Assembly (NCBI RefSeq): GCF_040938485.1 | Contig: NW_027272057.1 | Span: 62,001 to 126,000 of the forward strand | Reading direction: 5' to 3' | DNA length: 64,000 nt | Origin: Diadema antillarum | Taxonomy: Eukaryota | Shown: piece after piece, positions 62,341 through 64,000 of the stretch | Numbering within the stretch: the first letter of the stretch is position 1 | How the letters are laid out: each line of letters begins with the position of its first letter | Notes under the pieces: model-generated | The model's database searches: none | What the model saw: only the letters and a program-made list of their open reading frames with translations | Told to the model about the DNA's origin: nothing | Position numbers and translations under genes: made by a program

Positions 62341-64000
62341 ACATCTATTGACAGTGATTTCTTTTACTGATTACTACGACACTTCCTAGATTTTGAAGGT
62401 GTACGCAGGTGTATATAGATAGATATGGCTATCATGCCTGACTATAGTCAGACAAGAAAAGGCAAAAAGAAGTTTCTTCCCTCTTCTCTTTCATTCTATG
62501 TGTACACTGTACTTGTGACTGTGTGTGAGTGCCATAAGGTAGACCTATATAAGTATTATGGTTTTCAACTCATGTATACGCATACCTATGAATTTGTTTG
62601 CGTGTATGTTTTAAATATCTTAAAGTTGCTTTTCCTTTGAAGGTCTCTAACCCACTATCATATGTTTTTCATGAGCTTTGGCCTTAATATCTGCTGCACC
62701 TCTGTCGTTATTGTTATTTGCTTAATCTAAGTGTTTTTTTTTTATTTCCGTACTTTTCTAACACGAATGAAAGTATAGATGGTATCATGTTGGACATAGC
62801 ATACGTTGGATTTACAAGATAATTGAACGAAATGAAAAATCAATATAATCACATGTCTTACGAAATAGATATCAATATAATTTCCACGTAATCATTTCAT
62901 TAATCTTTTGGAAATTGTAATTGGAAACTATATATATAAGACCATCACAAGAAGGTTATTGGAAGCAGGCGAGAGTGAATAAACTCTCACTACCTCACTG
63001 ATATTATGTGTAAACTTATGGAAACACTTGGATGTCTGTCAGTTTTTTTTTTATTTTGGTTATCATTTCAGCATGTGTTTGTGCATGTGTTATACGATGT
63101 ATGCATAGTGTTTAATAATGCATGTGTGTCAATATACGTGTGTGTGTGTGTGGTGTGTGTTTCAGAGTATATTTGCTGGTATACTAGTAGTACTATGCAG
63201 TTCAAAGGGAAAATTACACTTGGGATAATATAGCACATGTAAACAGCTCACATGAATCAATACTAAAATGTAATACAAAGGACAACTTCAATTTTGAGTG
63301 TCTTAGTTCATATCAAAATAATGTTAATACTGATGTCTTCTAAAATTCATATTTAAAGAAATAAATCCCGTTTTAGCTTAAAAGGAATAAATCGCGGTAC
63401 TTTATCTGGTATTCACTTGCAGATTCTTCCAGGCAGGGCCATGGTGTCTAATACCGTATAGGCCCTACTTAATTTCACAAACATCATAGTCAAGGGCTAT
63501 GAGAGTTACTTTATTGTAATCAAACCATAATAAGATATTTCCATTGTTTCAAATTTTATGTCTTTTGTATACATGGGTTTCTTTATATAAATAAGTATCT
63601 GTTTACTACTTCCGAAAGTATTTATTCATCACGACACTGTGATTTAGTGGAATTGAGAGATCTAATTGTACACATCTGTCGGATAAACAAAGAGTAGTTT
63701 TTTTTTTTTCCAAAGGCTTCTTGTAGAAAATTTGCATAGTTAACACTGCTCGGAGAATCACTTTTTTTTTTTTTTTTTTTAAATTTAGAGCCGATGTTAC
63801 TGGTGAAAAAAAAAAAAAAAAAACGTTTTAAAAGAAGTCGCAAATTCTTGTGAGTCACACATTTCAATTTCTAAGTAAGGAGTTTATCTTTAGGTAAAAG
63901 GTCTGGTTTTTTTTTTGTTTTTTTTTTTGTATTATCTCACACACACCATTTTGCTTTCCAGCGTATAGTTGTTGGAAGAGGTAAAATCTATACGGGATAT

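Noticed and set aside
63410-63455. Good-Kozak ATG on the - strand or small exon on the + strand
   Set aside because: Its phase does not fit SDR exon 2, and 60065-60044 fits better. There is no supporting coding context.

Overview
AT-rich, intron-rich eukaryotic DNA from an invertebrate animal. The repeat content looks echinoderm-like, but that is an impression only. Three complete multi-exon genes can be rebuilt by hand with GT-AG introns and consistent phases. (1) Rho GDP-dissociation inhibitor, + strand, 11307-17249, 5 coding exons, 202 aa. (2) Protein disulfide isomerase of the P4HB/PDIA1 type, + strand, 24937-44160, 11 exons, 502 aa, two WCGHC sites, C-terminal RDEL, with two ERSE-like promoter elements. 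(3) A DFR/CCR/Gre2-like extended SDR (NAD(P)-dependent epimerase/reductase), - strand, 60065-50297, 8 exons, 357 aa. A probable terminal exon of an unidentified gene lies at 7-90. Introns and intergenic DNA are full of non-autonomous DNA transposons (Tigger/pogo-, piggyBac-, Kolobok-, hAT-, Harbinger-, Sola- and Helentron/HINE-like), tRNA-derived SINEs and decayed CR1/L2-group LINEs. The most unusual structure is a ~40-copy 33-bp minisatellite made from the SDR gene's own exon 4/intron 4 splice junction. It is an in-phase array of decoy splice donors with a stop codon in the first extra copy, and the next exon itself begins with a consensus donor (recursive-splice-site geometry). All calls are from manual reading; nothing was searched or computed.
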